64,000 nt of DNA from Moniliella sp. 'wahieum' (taxonomy: Eukaryota), in NCBI GenBank assembly GCA_003971905.1, contig RSEE01000090.1, positions 186,001 through 250,000 of the forward strand, written 5' to 3'. The position numbers and the translations under genes were made by a program. The notes beneath the pieces are model-generated. The model did no database searches, was not told the origin of the DNA, and was given only the letters and a program-made list of their open reading frames with translations. This document shows, piece after piece, positions 1-12,897 of this stretch (positions are counted from its first letter, which is position 1; every line of letters begins with the position of its first letter).

Positions 1-750
1 CCCATGCAGCGCAGCCGATGCGCACGGCCGTTTTTATGCTTGCGTGCAATCTGAGCACCTGGGGATCTGTGGGGATCTGGGGAACTAATAGGGATCTGGG
101 GATCTGGGGAACGAGGGATTTGAGGAACTAGGCAACTAGGGAACGGGGGATCTTGGCATCGAGGCCTCGGAGATCTGAGATCCGGGGTCCTGTATCCTGT
201 ACGTGATCCTGTGTTCGATGATCCTGTAGCATGTGATCCTACCATCATGCATCATGCCAGCACAGGAAGCGCGTCCTATGTAAGACGTGGGGAGCATCGA
301 TTCGCTGAGGGTCAGATGGCCGCAACACTGCGGGGGATAGGGGAGTGGTCTTATGATCTCAACGAGCTCAACGTTTGGATTGAACGGTGAACGTCGAACG
401 TTGACTGGTTGACCCTTCCACAGCTCCAACATCAACGCTAAACATATAAACTCCCTTCAAGTGCGCCACATAGCAGGCCACCCAGCCTGCTCCTGCTGGG
501 GGGAGGTTAACGCGTTAAGGACGGAAGGGACCGTTACTTGGATGGCCACACGCACATGTGACATGTCGCAAATGCATGGCTATATCGTATAGGATACGCG
601 ATGGCATGCTTAATTTCAAGCTGAGATCCCCTCCCCCCAGCTCCCCCCCCAGCTCTATACCGGCGCCAACACTCTCGCTTGCGCCACTCTCTCATCCGCC
701 ATCAGCCATCGTGCATCGTCTTTCTTCGCTTGCAACGATCATTCCATCAT

Positions 751-784
751 ATTCACATTCACATTCACATTCACATTCACATTC
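751..784. repeat. (ATTCAC)n hexamer microsatellite
   Basis: Five units read directly. Confidence 0.9.
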
Positions 785-1728
785 GATCTTCAAGCTTCAT
801 TAATCGTTTATCGATTATCATAGCTTCATCATGCATGGGAACGACAAAAGACAATGGAACGCGAAGAGTAGCGCGGGTGGAGAAGTGGAGGTACCGCGTA
901 CGTGTTTCATCATTGTAGGTATAGGACCCCCAGAGGGCCAAGCCTTTGCTCTCCCCTCCCCCCCACCGCGGGCGCAAGGCAACACCAGTGGCGCTGGACT
1001 GCGAGATGGGCCAGGGTCCCATCCCCTTTTTTGCCACTCGCTTTACTTCACGTACGGTGTGGAGACGAGAGGTGTGCAGTCGTATTCATCAATCATCAAT
1101 ACTCAATACTCAATACTCAGTACTCAGGAGCCATCCCATGTATCCCAGGCATCACGAGCCCGGTCAACGTTCAACGGAGGGGAGGGCCTAAGGAAGCCCA
1201 ACCACCCCCGTCCGTGGAAGACCACCGCAGGCCAGGCCAACGCCACAGCCATCATCGATCTCGTAACGTGAGCGCGTGAGCGTCCAAGGAGGACATAATT
1301 GTATTGCTCTAACATACGCGTCAGTGACGGCGGGTGGCGAGGGCGTCAACACGAACAGCTGATGGATGGGCCAAGACGATGGGGTACGAGTTGCGAGTGC
1401 GAGGGGGCGTGGGCGACGGGAGAGGGGAAGCTGGAGGTAATGCGGTTCATAGTCATCGCCTTGGTTGCTCAGGGATAAAGGGAACTGTAGTAACTCTTCA
1501 TCAAATGCGAGGAGCCGAGGGGAACGGTACGGAGAGAGAGACGAGGAGAGGGGGCGATGCAGCGCGGGGGGGAATCAAGGGACTGGAGCTGGCGCTTGTT
1601 TTGTTTGGGCGCGTCCGGTAAAAAAAAGGAGAAGGAAGATCGAAGCCATCGGCTCGAGCTCGATCGACACGACACCACACGGCACAGCGTATCGACACAG
1701 CGTATCGACACAGTGTATCGACAGAGCA

Positions 1729-4700
1729 TCACGTCGAAGACGGCGGTGAAGGCAGCCAGAGCCCATTGGGAGCGGGGGCCCAAGCACCATGATTGGCAGT
1801 ACCGAGGATGGTGATGTTCTTGAACCACAAGGCGGCTGCGCCAAAGCCCAAATCGTAATGCCCTTGTCGCGTTTCGCCCTCGATCAAATTGGGTTTCCAG
1901 TGGAGCGTCTTGATGGCCCCGGCGAACGATTCCCCCGCATGCTCGGGACCGATGCTAATGATAAAGTAACTGATTGCCGTCGCGGTCGTCAAGGCGGCCG
2001 AGGTGAGGTAGTTGAAACTGCAAGTAAGAGAGTAGTAAGGAGAGAAAGAGGGGGGGGGACAGAAATCGTGCGTTAGTACCACAATAAAAATCAAGGGGAG
2101 GTCAATCAGCTTTGTGTAGGTCAAAGATACCCCACGGAAGTGGAGAGAAAGAGAAGGAGAGAGAGAGAAAACGTACCTCATCCACCAGTTCTGGTACTTC
2201 GCGCCGCAAGGAAAACTGAAAGATGGCGCCAGTGAGGAACCAGCTGGTAAAGTTGATTGGCAGCCAACCGGGTAAATTCTGGGCAGCATTGAAGAGCAAG
2301 GGCCAATTGACCAAGTCCCATCGGAATCCCGCCACGGAAAGGCGGCGAAGGGGGAGGAGACGGTGAGCGAGATAGCCCGGGATGGGCACCAGAAATCCAA
2401 TTAGAAAGAACCAGTTGATCCAGCCATACTCGGCGTCCTTGGCCAGGCCAAAGACGCGGTGCGAGCCTACCAGCCCCCACACCACGGCTTTTTGGAACGT
2501 GGCTTGCCAATTGTACCCGAGCTGGGTGCCAAACAGCGGTGGCATGGCCGCCTGCACAAACGACGTGGTGATTTCCACCAGGACCACGGCAGTAAAAACG
2601 AGCGTGGGCGGTAACTTGAAGTACAGTCCCAGCTTGAACTGGGAGAGCATGACCAACGCTTGGTCCAAGGCGGTGATGGTGAACAGGCGGAACAAGAGCC
2701 AAGGAAGCGCTTTGCCCGGCAACACGTACCCGGCCAGCAGTTGGAAAAAATCAATTGGCTCACACGTCAGAGCCGACAGGGCCACCAACGTGCCCATCGG
2801 CAACACATATACTGCCGGCAACAGTATGGCCAGTAGCAACGCCCAAACGGGGAAACCAGTATCGTATCCTCGTACCGCTCCCAAACCCAAGCCCAGCGAC
2901 ACGAGAAACGTGGCTATCCACCAATAGTAGGGGATTTGGGGATAGCGCATGCTGCTCTGGGCATGCACATCCGCTTCTTGTTCTTTTGGCGTGCGCAAGT
3001 CGTGCAGGATCTGCCACGCGTCAAATAAGACAAAGTGCACCACCGCCGCCACAGCCAAGCCATCCCACACCCGTAACTGACCGCCAAAGATGGGGTAAAG
3101 TAGGGCTTGCTGTAATTCTCGTATACGGTTTCGTTCAACTTGATCGGTTCTCCCGGCTGCAGCACGGGGGCAATCAACATCTCGTTGTAGTACTGGGCAA
3201 ACCGGTCCATGGGGGAACCCACGACCCATGGCATGTACCATCCGTTTTGGGCTCCCGTGGTGTACAGGATGCCGCCAAGAAGGCAAATGAACAGCAGGTA
3301 GCCTGCAATCGTGTTCACTTGTGCCCAAAACGGCACGACGAGGGGGCTGGGAAGGAGAGCATGCATCAGTATTCCAAGCCAGACATGCATAGGGGATGTG
3401 GGACCGACGAAAGGGGGACAGGAAACGGAGAACATGACTGTGTTGGGATAGATACATACGCACCTCGACATGGCGGCCGTAATGGTAGACCAGTCAAACG
3501 AGAGAAAATGGAGGGCCATGCCTCCCGAGCCGCCAAAGAGAATTGACGGCAAAGTTGTCTTTGGCGCACCAGGCGATCCAGCTAAACTGAGCCAAGCAGG
3601 TCATAAAGTACCCCGGCACCCACGCCCACACCAAGGCAAACCCGAACACACCCCAAAATACCGCGCGGCGACTCCAGTGGGTCTCATTGGTACGATGCAA
3701 AGCGCCGAGCAGCGCCGTGGTCTCAAGGATCCGAGGCCAGATCATTCGGCCTGGAAGGACCAAGGCTCGGTACCCGAGACCTACCATGCTCAGTCCCATC
3801 AGGGTGGAAGAGAGGATGAGGAGCAAGCGGTACCCGTAGGGCGCCGGGACGCCCACCACCCCCTTTTGATGGATCCACATGAGCTCCACGGGCCAAGCCG
3901 GTCCAGGGCCGAGGAGGGCCATGATACAAATCAGAGCGTGTTCCTTGATATTAAACGGGCCTGGATTGACAAACCAAGCGAGGGCCAATGAGCTGGGTAG
4001 GGCACGGCGGCCATAAGTAACCCAATGGGCCAGCATAGGATTTGCGCAATGACCGCCGAGGTGACCAAGCGTGTGTTCCACCCCCAGTTGAAAAAGGAGC
4101 AAAACAGAATCGCAAATCCATTGGCCGAGACCAGGCCAAGCACCCAAACACGCGTATTGACCGGCATGGTAATGTCGTCCCCGGACGGCACACTGGCTCG
4201 CACCGAGGCAGGGACGCGAAACACAGCGGGTGGTTCCTCGGCCTCTTCGGAACCTTCCTCCTCGCCGCTTGCGTCCAGGCCGTACGGGGTGTTGGTAGGG
4301 GACTGGGGGCGATGGTCCACAAAGGAGATCGCGTCGTCTTGGTCGTGTCTTGGGCCGTCGAGGGAGCGAAGGTGGGATGGGAAGGCGAGGGATGGCTGTC
4401 CAAGCCTTTGACCGTCATCAGCTCGTACTTTTCAGGCAGGCCAAGAGGGGGGGGCTGCCAAGCAGAAAGCCAGTGTTCTCATCGTCGGCCTCCTCGGAGC
4501 TGGCAGAGGGCGCATAGAGGGTGGGGAGGTTGGCTTGAAAGGAGGGGATGCGATAGGCGGAAGGGGTGGGCTGGTGCTGGTTCCGGTGCTGATGGTTTTT
4601 GTGGTTGAGAGGGAGGCGGCGGGGGTGGAGGTGCTGCTGCTAGCGAAGGAGTGTGCATCCGGTGCTCGTTGGCTGGGATCTGGTGGATGGCGGGGACGGC

Positions 4701-4995
4701 AGGCGGAGGGAGGGGGTCGGTGGCGTTGGTGTCGGGCGGGGCAGCGGCAATGAGCTGGTCCAAGGCGGACTGGGGGTGGTGGAGGTCGAGGAGCGGGGGC
4801 AGCACAGCAGGGGCGAGGGGGTGGGGGGGGGTGCATGGTGGTGGGCGCGGGCGGGGCGGAGCGGGAGGCGCAGGGGGCGCACGCGGGTGCTGGCGACGCG
4901 GCAGGAGGGATGGGCGGCGATGCAGATGGTGTGGGCGGAGCGGATGCGGGAGGCATTGAGGCGTGCTGGGCGGCGTCGCGGGTGGGCATGCTCAT
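1729..4995 (-). CDS. OPT-family oligopeptide/glutathione transporter (frameshifted in assembly, at least one intron near 2175-2019)
   Basis: Pieced from overlapping ORFs: VRASVPSGDDITMPVNTRVW (variant of the OPT SPYxEVRxxVxxxDDP motif), NPGPFNIKEHALI, MxRYPQIPYYWW, KLGLYFKLPP, INFTSWFLTGAIFQF and FNYLTSAALT. Many hydrophobic helices. The start is approximate because the N-terminus is Pro-rich. Confidence 0.9.
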
Positions 4996-5332
4996 AACAA
5001 GCGCGTGCGCACTGAGTCTGAGTACTGACTGGCGGGTGCGTCGCTGCCCCGCCGACGGCTGGTGTGGTGGCTGCGTGTACGAGTGCGCCCCCTGCCTCGC
5101 CTGCGCCGCCTGCAAGCTGCACCCCACATCGCCCGCAGCTATCACACACTGCAGTGCGCTCGGAGTTCCGACCCACACTGCGCTGGCGCCGCGCCCCTGA
5201 CACCCGAACGCCTCCCTAGCCTCACTGCGAACGCGTGAACGCGCGAACCACCCCCGCGGCTTGCTGTCCCCACGTGACCTACCTGCTGCGGCAGCTGCCC
5301 ACCACGATGTGCTCGCTTGCGTACTATGGCGC

Positions 5333-6932
5333 CTACAGCGGATACTGCCTCCGATCCGCCTCCTTGTCCACCACCACGCCCGCGGCGCGCTGCTGGCCAG
5401 CGACACGCTCCAGATACAGCGCCAGCTGGTCCCGGAACTTGCTCCCGCCCTTGTACCTGCCATCCACACATCCACACCCCATACCGCGTCAGCATCCTCT
5501 CTCCCTGCACACACCTTCCTCTCCTCCTCACACTTCTCCTCCTCCTCTGCCATCCGACGCACTTGAACGTATCTTCCGGCCATGAGCGCAAGGCCGACGC
5601 CAGCCGTGCCGGCACCCCCGCCTCCTGCGCCATCGTCACCACCGGCACCACATACGTCCGCACCGTAAACACAATCGCCCCCGAGCGCGGCAGACGACGC
5701 AGCGTCTGTCGCTCGGTTCGCATCTGCACGTGCTCGACAAACTGCTGCTGCTCCGCCTCCGAGGCACGACAGAACGCGCTCAGATCAGTCAGCGCGATCG
5801 GATCAAAGTGTGCGTCGTTAGCCGAGGCATTCGTGTCGGTTGATGCGTCCTTCTCCTTCTCCGCCGCCGCCGTTTCCCCCCGCGTCTCATGCTCCCACTC
5901 GTGTTCCGGTCCAAACCCCGTCGTTGCCCACGCTGTCTCGGCCACATCCACTTCGTCAGGGTGGTAGGGCAGGTGGGCCAGCCCATGAGGCTCGACATTA
6001 GGCTGGTTGCGTACCACCTGAAACCCATAGTTGGACCGGGCCACCAAGCTGTCCGGAGGCATGCGGGCAACAACTTGTCCATCCCCGTCTTGAGCTTGGT
6101 CTCGTACTGCGGCACATGGCCCGAAGTATGGATCTGCCGCAAGGTCATTCCAATCTTATCCTTCAACCGCCACGTGCCTGCTGTACAGGTCACCCCGCCC
6201 ACTAACACATATTCCCCCCCGCGCTCCTCATCCGCACGCAGTACCAGCACATCGTCCGGCACCACGCTGCCGACCATGTCGAGGCACTCTTCCGCCGTGC
6301 CAAGCGGGTAGGACGCCTTGATTTGCCCTGCTCGGACCGCGCTCGCATCGGCCTGCACCGCGGCCACATACGCCTCTTGCAGGACCAAGCGCGCAGGGGT
6401 CCTGCCCTGCGCCGGTTGCAAGGCAAATAGGTGCGGGTACTTGTGCACCAGGTAGGCCGCCACTTCCTCGGCCAGTTCCTGGGCGGCCAGCTCGTTGTCA
6501 CCGTCCTTGGAGCGCAGCAGCCGGACCGAGTCGGCGCCCGAACGGGCCATGCGCCACCGCCGAAGGGTAAAGTACCGGACAAAATCTGTATCGAGCACGA
6601 TCCAGTCTTGGAACCCGATCTGGTTCAGCGCCATGGTCACATGGTACGTGCCCCATTTGCTTTTGCGGGGGTTTTGGACATGCGTCAGCCTTACGTGGCG
6701 GGTGCTGTCGAGGCAGGGCAGGAGGAGGAGGGGGGGGGACGTACAAGGGCCGGTACTTGATGGGAGCAGGAAGCGAGCCTTGGATCGGTTGCACCTGGCC
6801 TGACCACACGTACTTTCCTGATGACCCGCTTTTCCCCCGTCGAGCAACGGAAGCGAGCAACAAGACAAACAGAACCAAGGCGGCCCCGGCCACAGCGCAA
6901 ACGTCGAGGGAGTAGGGAAGAAATGGCTGCAT
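5333..6932 (-). CDS. DUF3445 / heme-dependent oxidative N-demethylase alpha-subunit-like protein with N-terminal membrane anchor
   Basis: Spliced KYRPF|KWGTYHVTMAL, WIVLDTDF, GTWRLKDKIGMTLRQIHTSGHVPQY, RSNYGFQV and MRTERQTLRRLPRSGAIVFTVRTY. Introns at about 6661-6743 and 5457-5562; the last exon reads KYKGGSKFRDQLALYL...QYPL*. Confidence 0.88.
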
Positions 6933-9900
6933 GGGGCTGTGGTGGTGGCGGGAGGAGCGTGTGGGCCGGCGTGTTTGGCAAGGCAAGCACAGAAGCGGAA
7001 ATGGCAAGAGTGCTGGAATCGGCTTGAAGGATCCAGGCTGAAATAATAAGGCTTGGCTTATCTTACCGTCGTATTTGCGTATGGGCGTGGAATACGAGGG
7101 GTGGGTTGTGCTCTGTTGCGCTGTGCCCGAGAGGCCTGAGGCCCAGGCGTGAAGATGAGTAACTGAGTGTGCTCAACTGAGTACTCACTGAGTACAGAGT
7201 GGGCCGTGTACGATTTTTAAATGCAACTGGCGCTTCAGCGCTCCGCGCTACAGGCGGGTGGGTTGCACGGCCGATAATAAACCCGCAGAATCACTTATCA
7301 ATGGTAAGCTGGCCAGCTAGTCACTAGCTCACTAGTTACAAGTTACTAGTTACTAGTCACTGGTCACCGCTAGTCACCGGTCACCAAGCCGCAAAGGGTT
7401 ACGTACGTTACGTTGAACGTTAAACATTAAACGTCAAGCTAAGCGCCAAGCGCCAAGCGCCAAGCTGCTCCTTCTCCCAACTTACACGCTCTGTCTGTCG
7501 CTCGTCCACGTACCAAAGCCGTGCGCCGCGCCCCCATCTATCCCTCCCTCCCTCCCGCCATCATCGACGTCCTGCCTCCTCCTGCGAGCCCTTGCATCCG
7601 CCATGGTGCGTGGACAGCCCCCGCCTTAGATAGGATAGGTCCACGTACACCCCCGCTCCCCCCCACTGTCCCACTGCACGTTCCCTGCAATGAGATCTGA
7701 GAGTCGCGATCAGGCAACCTTCTCTCGGTGGTAATTGGAGGGCAAGTACGCATGTCACGGGGAGGGGAGGGGACTGGGGTCTGACGTGCAATGCGGGCGA
7801 GAAGGTGGCTTTCCATTGGGGCGTCTGTGTGGAGGAGAGAGGGGGTTGGGAATGGGAATCCAACTGATGGGAGCTACTGACGCCTTCGATCCCCTCATCC
7901 CCTCGACGACGCGTGAGAGATCGTCTGGTATCTGCCCGCACCCCAAGGGGAGAGAAGTGGGACGCCGTGGTGCCGTGGTGCTTGGGTGCCAGAGTCAAAG
8001 CGACAGATAGCCTTGATGCATAATAGTTGGACCTCCTGTACAAGTCCTCCGATTCTCCGATTCGACCTCTAGGCGCTTGCGCTGCCCACTGCACCCTATG
8101 GCACAATGTGGAGTTGGGAGTAAAGCACGAGTAAGTTGATGCACGTAAGATTCGATGCCAACCTAAGCCCGGCGCGGCCCCCTGTCCTTCCAAGAGGCGG
8201 GAAAGCTGTGAAAGGAGAGAGCATGGCGCATACGGAGAGAACAGATACCGATGCCGATGCCGATGCAGCTGCAGCTGCAGTGTGTATTAGGGTCCAAGGA
8301 TGCAGTCCTTGCTCGATTCAAAATCCAAGGTAGGATGGTGAGGGATGGATCCCACCTCATCGTTCCCCGCCACCGCATCAGGATCGTGCTTGGCCCCCCA
8401 TCATAGTGTGTTGTTGCGAAGCAAGACAAAAGAAAAAGGGACGCTGGAAGCCCAAACACACACATATACATTTTGAGGGTAGCTATACTACCTATTGCCT
8501 CCCTGATGTTGCTGGCGAGAAAGAGAATCAGGAATGTATGGGCCGGGTACACCGCATGCCCACTGCATTGGAAGATATCGCTGCTGCTGTGGTGTGGGTT
8601 ACTAATTGCAGATGCACCCTCTCATCCGGCCGAGCTGTAGAAGCATAATAGAGACTCAAGAGGGCAGGACAATTGTCGTGTTGTAGCCCTGGTTAAGCTG
8701 ATTTGTACGGTGACAGCAGGCAGGCACACTATGAGGCAGCGGGCGCAGGTCACCAGTCAGGGGAGGACAGTAGTTGGAATGGGGAGGTGTACTGTGGGGA
8801 GGTGTGCTGTGGTGGGGAGGAAGCATGCCCCATGTCCCATGTCCCATGTCCCATGTCATCCGAAGACAAGAGACATCTTCTCACATAAACACTTTCTGGA
8901 TTACTCTAATTGCGTACTACAAAATACAAGCAGGTCTCAAATTCTGCACTGTATTCAATTGACCCCACAACGTTGGGAAGACAAGACATGGTCCAATCCA
9001 TACTTATGTCCCGGCCATCCGAACATGTTACACTCTGGTTGTTGGGGCGTACAACCGGTACCCGGTACCCGTCGCGATCGTTGTCCCTCCTCTGGCGGGT
9101 GTCCTAAAGAAGACTGGGATCTGAGATCTGAGAGCGGGCAAATAGGTATTAGTAGTATTGGCATCCCAACCCGCCGGGAGTGAGCGGCGCTAAGCGCTCC
9201 CTCCAGCCTCAGAGTGCGGTGCCTCAGCCTGAGGCCCAGGGCTGAGCTATGGAGCAAGACATATGCATACCAGTGTGGCAGAGTTGATCGAAAAGATGAT
9301 GACGCGGAGATATGACGATGCACAATAGCGTTCCTTTTAATTATGCCTCTACTGTATTCATTTGGCGGCCCCGGACGGGATTACAGTTACGGTCTGGCCC
9401 TACTATAGTGAGGCCTGAGGCACTATACTGAGCCTCAGTGCTGAGCCTCAGCGTCGTAGACCCAGAAGACTTGCGGCGCTCGCGCCGGCGTTTTTCTTCC
9501 CACTGTCTTCGTCGCGCTCGGTCCCCAGGCAAAACAGTGGATTGGACCTGGGCGCCACCACCCCACCACCCCCCCACCTCCGTGGTGTGTGGGTGAGTGT
9601 GTTGGGGAGGGTGGGGGTGGGGATGAGAAGGAAAAAAAAACCCGTCGTGCAATGTTCCCATCGTCGCAAAAACTCACCCGGACAGTGGCAGGCTCGGATG
9701 TGGGAAGGACCAGGCTCTCTCGTCGCGGTGGGGGGGCGGAGTGGGGAGTGGGGGGTTGGTCAAGGTAACAGATGAGACCTCTGTTTACATTTTGTGTACG
9801 TCCGTATGGGCCGGCGGGCGGAGGCGGGAATTTTAATGATGGGGCGAGCGTGGGCGTGGGTGGGGGGGGTTGATTTGCTGGGGATGGGGATGGGCACGAG

Positions 9901-10966
9901 AGAAATGGTCCCTGAGAAGAAAGGGCGAAGGGAAAGAAAAGAAGGCTGGTGGAGCTATGTTGAGCAGGCCAGCACACCGCAGAGAGGCAGAAGCATGAAC
10001 GACAATTGGTCAGCGTATCTTTTTTTGGGTGTGACATGTGACATGCGGCATGTGAGATCTCAGATAATCGATAGGACATGGTGGGAGGGGCAACGTATAA
10101 GGCATCTGACCAGTGTCCCATGCAACCTGTCAGACATCAGAAGCGTGAAGCTTGAACGAGGATGGGGTATGTATACGATCGATGATTAATGATGATGGGG
10201 AACTGGGAAGTACATGGACCGACTCCGGCTGGCCCGCCGCCACGGCCGCGGACATAGGGCTGGGTTGGCCGGTCAGGCGAGCTGGGCGTTCGGGGCACAA
10301 GTGACGCGAGGAATGAATTGAGGCGTGGCGAGGCCGGAGGCGCTGGGGGCCTACGGCCGGTGCGTCCGCCCAGTCCGCCGTGTTGGTGCGAGGCGAGAGG
10401 GGCGAAAGGAGGCGAGGGTGCCGCGGTGCAGTGCGCGGCAAAATGCATCCCCCACCAGGCCTGGCCAGTCGGCCAGTCTGCACGGACCACCGTGCATTTG
10501 ATTTGGCCTGCCACCGCCTCAGCCACCGCACACCATCGCGCTGGCCGGCCGGGGCGAATTGGATCCCGGGCGGCGTGCTACTTGCTACTTACTTACTACA
10601 CGGATCCACACTACGCGCTCTCTCTCTCTCTGCTGGGTCTCCCATGTGCAATCCAGCACGCATGTCTCGCACTCTTTTTTGCACTCGCCCCCTCCCTCCT
10701 CGCCTCGCCTCGCCTCGCCCCCACGCCCCACTTTAAAACCCCACCATTTGCGCCGACTTGCCTTGGGCCCAGTCTCCTCCCACGCTGCCCCTCTCCTCCC
10801 CAAGTCCTACGCTTAGGCCTACCCGCCTACCCCCCAACCGGCCGCGCTCTACGCTCTCTTTTTCGCCTGCGCCCACCACCGCCACCCCGACCTCTGTCTC
10901 TGTCCTCGACTCCCTCTTCTATACCGCCTGGCCCACCTGCCCCGCCCCGCTCCCGCCGCCCACACC

Positions 10967-12105
10967 ATGTCCTCCGCACCTGCCTCGGGCACCAAGAGTC
11001 TCCCCGCCGGGCCCGCCGTATCCCTTTTGGCTAGGCGGCATCGCAGCGACCTGTGCCGTCGTCTTTACCCACCCGCTCGATGCGATCAAGAACCGGATGC
11101 AAACGCAGACGGGCGTGCGCAAGTCCATGGCCTCGGTCTTGGTCACGACAGCGCGGCAAGATGGCCTGGCTGGGATTTACCAAGGCTTGTCGGCGTCCGT
11201 GTTGAGGCAAATGACTTACTCGCTTGCCCGCTTTGCCGCCTACGATCATTTCAAGAACTCGCTCGCCCGCCAGTCGCCCGACGGATCCATCTCCAATACC
11301 GCCCTCGCCGTCTCGGCCATGGGCGCCGGTGTGATTGGGGGCATTGCAGGCAACCCAGCTGGTACGTATTATACTTTGGTTGGTTCCAATTGGATTCGGT
11401 TGAATTGGGTCGGGTGGCGTTGCGGGCAAGGGCGGTATGGTACTTTGGTACTTTGCTGCTTTGCTACGTTGGTGCACCTGGTGGACTTGTGCACTGTTTT
11501 GTTGTATTCGGAATGGACGAGCTGACTGACGCTGATGCGGTGTGTGTGCGGGGGGGGGCAGACATTATGCTGGTGCGCATGACGTCGGATTTGAACAAAC
11601 CGCTGGACAAGCGGTACAACTACCATGATTCCGTTACGGGGGTGGTGCGCATGGCGCGGGAAGAAGGGGTGGGCTCGCTGTTCCGTGGCTTGGCGCCCAA
11701 CCTAGTTCGAGCAGTCCTGATGAATGCGACGCAGCTCGCCACGTACGATATGTTCAAAGCGAGCCTGGTCAGCACGGGCTACTTTACCGAAGGCACCGTC
11801 CTCCACTTTACCGCCTCCTTTATGGCCGGTACCGTGGCCACGACGGTGACCAGTCCCGCCGACGTGGTCAAGGCCACACTGATGAACGCGCCCTCGGCGG
11901 CTGTGGGCTTGCAAACGCTCAAATCGCATTTCCGCAACGACGGACTCAAGTTCCTCTTCCGTGGCTACGTGCCTTCCTGGATCCGTCTCACGCCAACACC
12001 ATCCTCATCTGGATGTTCTTTGAACAATTCAAGCTCCTCGTCGACTGGACCCGCACCAAGCGCATCCAAGCGGCTACCAAGCCATCCGCCGTCGTCGTAC
12101 CCTAG
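10967..12105 (+). CDS. DIC1: Mitochondrial dicarboxylate carrier
   Basis: PYPFWLGGIAATCAVVFTHPLDAIKNRMQ, LRQMTYSLARF, GNPA|DIMLVRM (intron 11362-11561), RAVLMNATQLATYD and SPADVVKATLMN give three carrier repeats. Frameshifts near 11005 and 11995. Confidence 0.93.
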
Positions 12106-12570
12106 GCGTTTCAACTCTAGTATGTTAAAACGTTAAACCACCTCTGTGTCGTGAAAAAAACCCTAAGGGAGATGTATGTATCTCTTTTCTTTCTTCTCTT
12201 TTCATGTCTTTTCTTCTCTCTCCACACCGTTCTTCCTCCTCTATGCCCCATGATTGGTTCCTTCCTTCCTTCTCCCTGTTGCTTTCATCCCGTATGATTG
12301 CGACCTGCCCGAGGGCGCTACCACGTCCAGGCAGCCGTGTTAATTGTCGGCAGTTTCTGTTTCTGTGTCTGGACGTGGTCTGCGTCCCGTGCTGTGGATA
12401 CTCGCCCTGGCCATTTTCAGCACTCTTGCACCCGTAGCCCGTCGTAATGTCGGTTGAAGTATGCGGTAGGGATGGGCTCGGACCTGGCCAAACGTACACG
12501 GCCCTGTGACATGCGAGGCCGGATGGGAGTGTAGATGTGACATGTGAGGTGGATACGAGTGCAAGTGCAA

Positions 12571-12609
12571 GTGTGAGTGTGAGTGTGAGTGTGAGTGTGA
12601 GTGTGAGTG
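12571..12609. repeat. (GTGTGA)n hexamer microsatellite
   Basis: About six units read directly. Confidence 0.9.
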
Positions 12610-12897
12610 CGGGTCGCGCGGTCGCGTCCGACCGCGCTCGATGGGAGAAGTGGGACAGGATCAGTACAAGTCCATAAGATTAGGCCAGGGTGCGAGCAAA
12701 AAAGGGAAGCATGAGTGCTACTACGGTCTAAGGCGGCCAAGAGGTCCGGGGTGGGAAGGGGACCGGGTGCGCATCGAGACGGTCCCAGGCTTCGGTCCGA
12801 CTGGGCACAGGCCGGGGTGCAAGGTGAGGCATAAGGCACGGGGGGGGTGCGGATGGGGTACGTAAGGACACTTGGTACTTGGTACTTGGTACTTATC

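Noticed and set aside
7538..9700. Short ORFs between the DUF3445 and DIC1 genes
   Set aside because: No recognisable domain or consistent coding signal.
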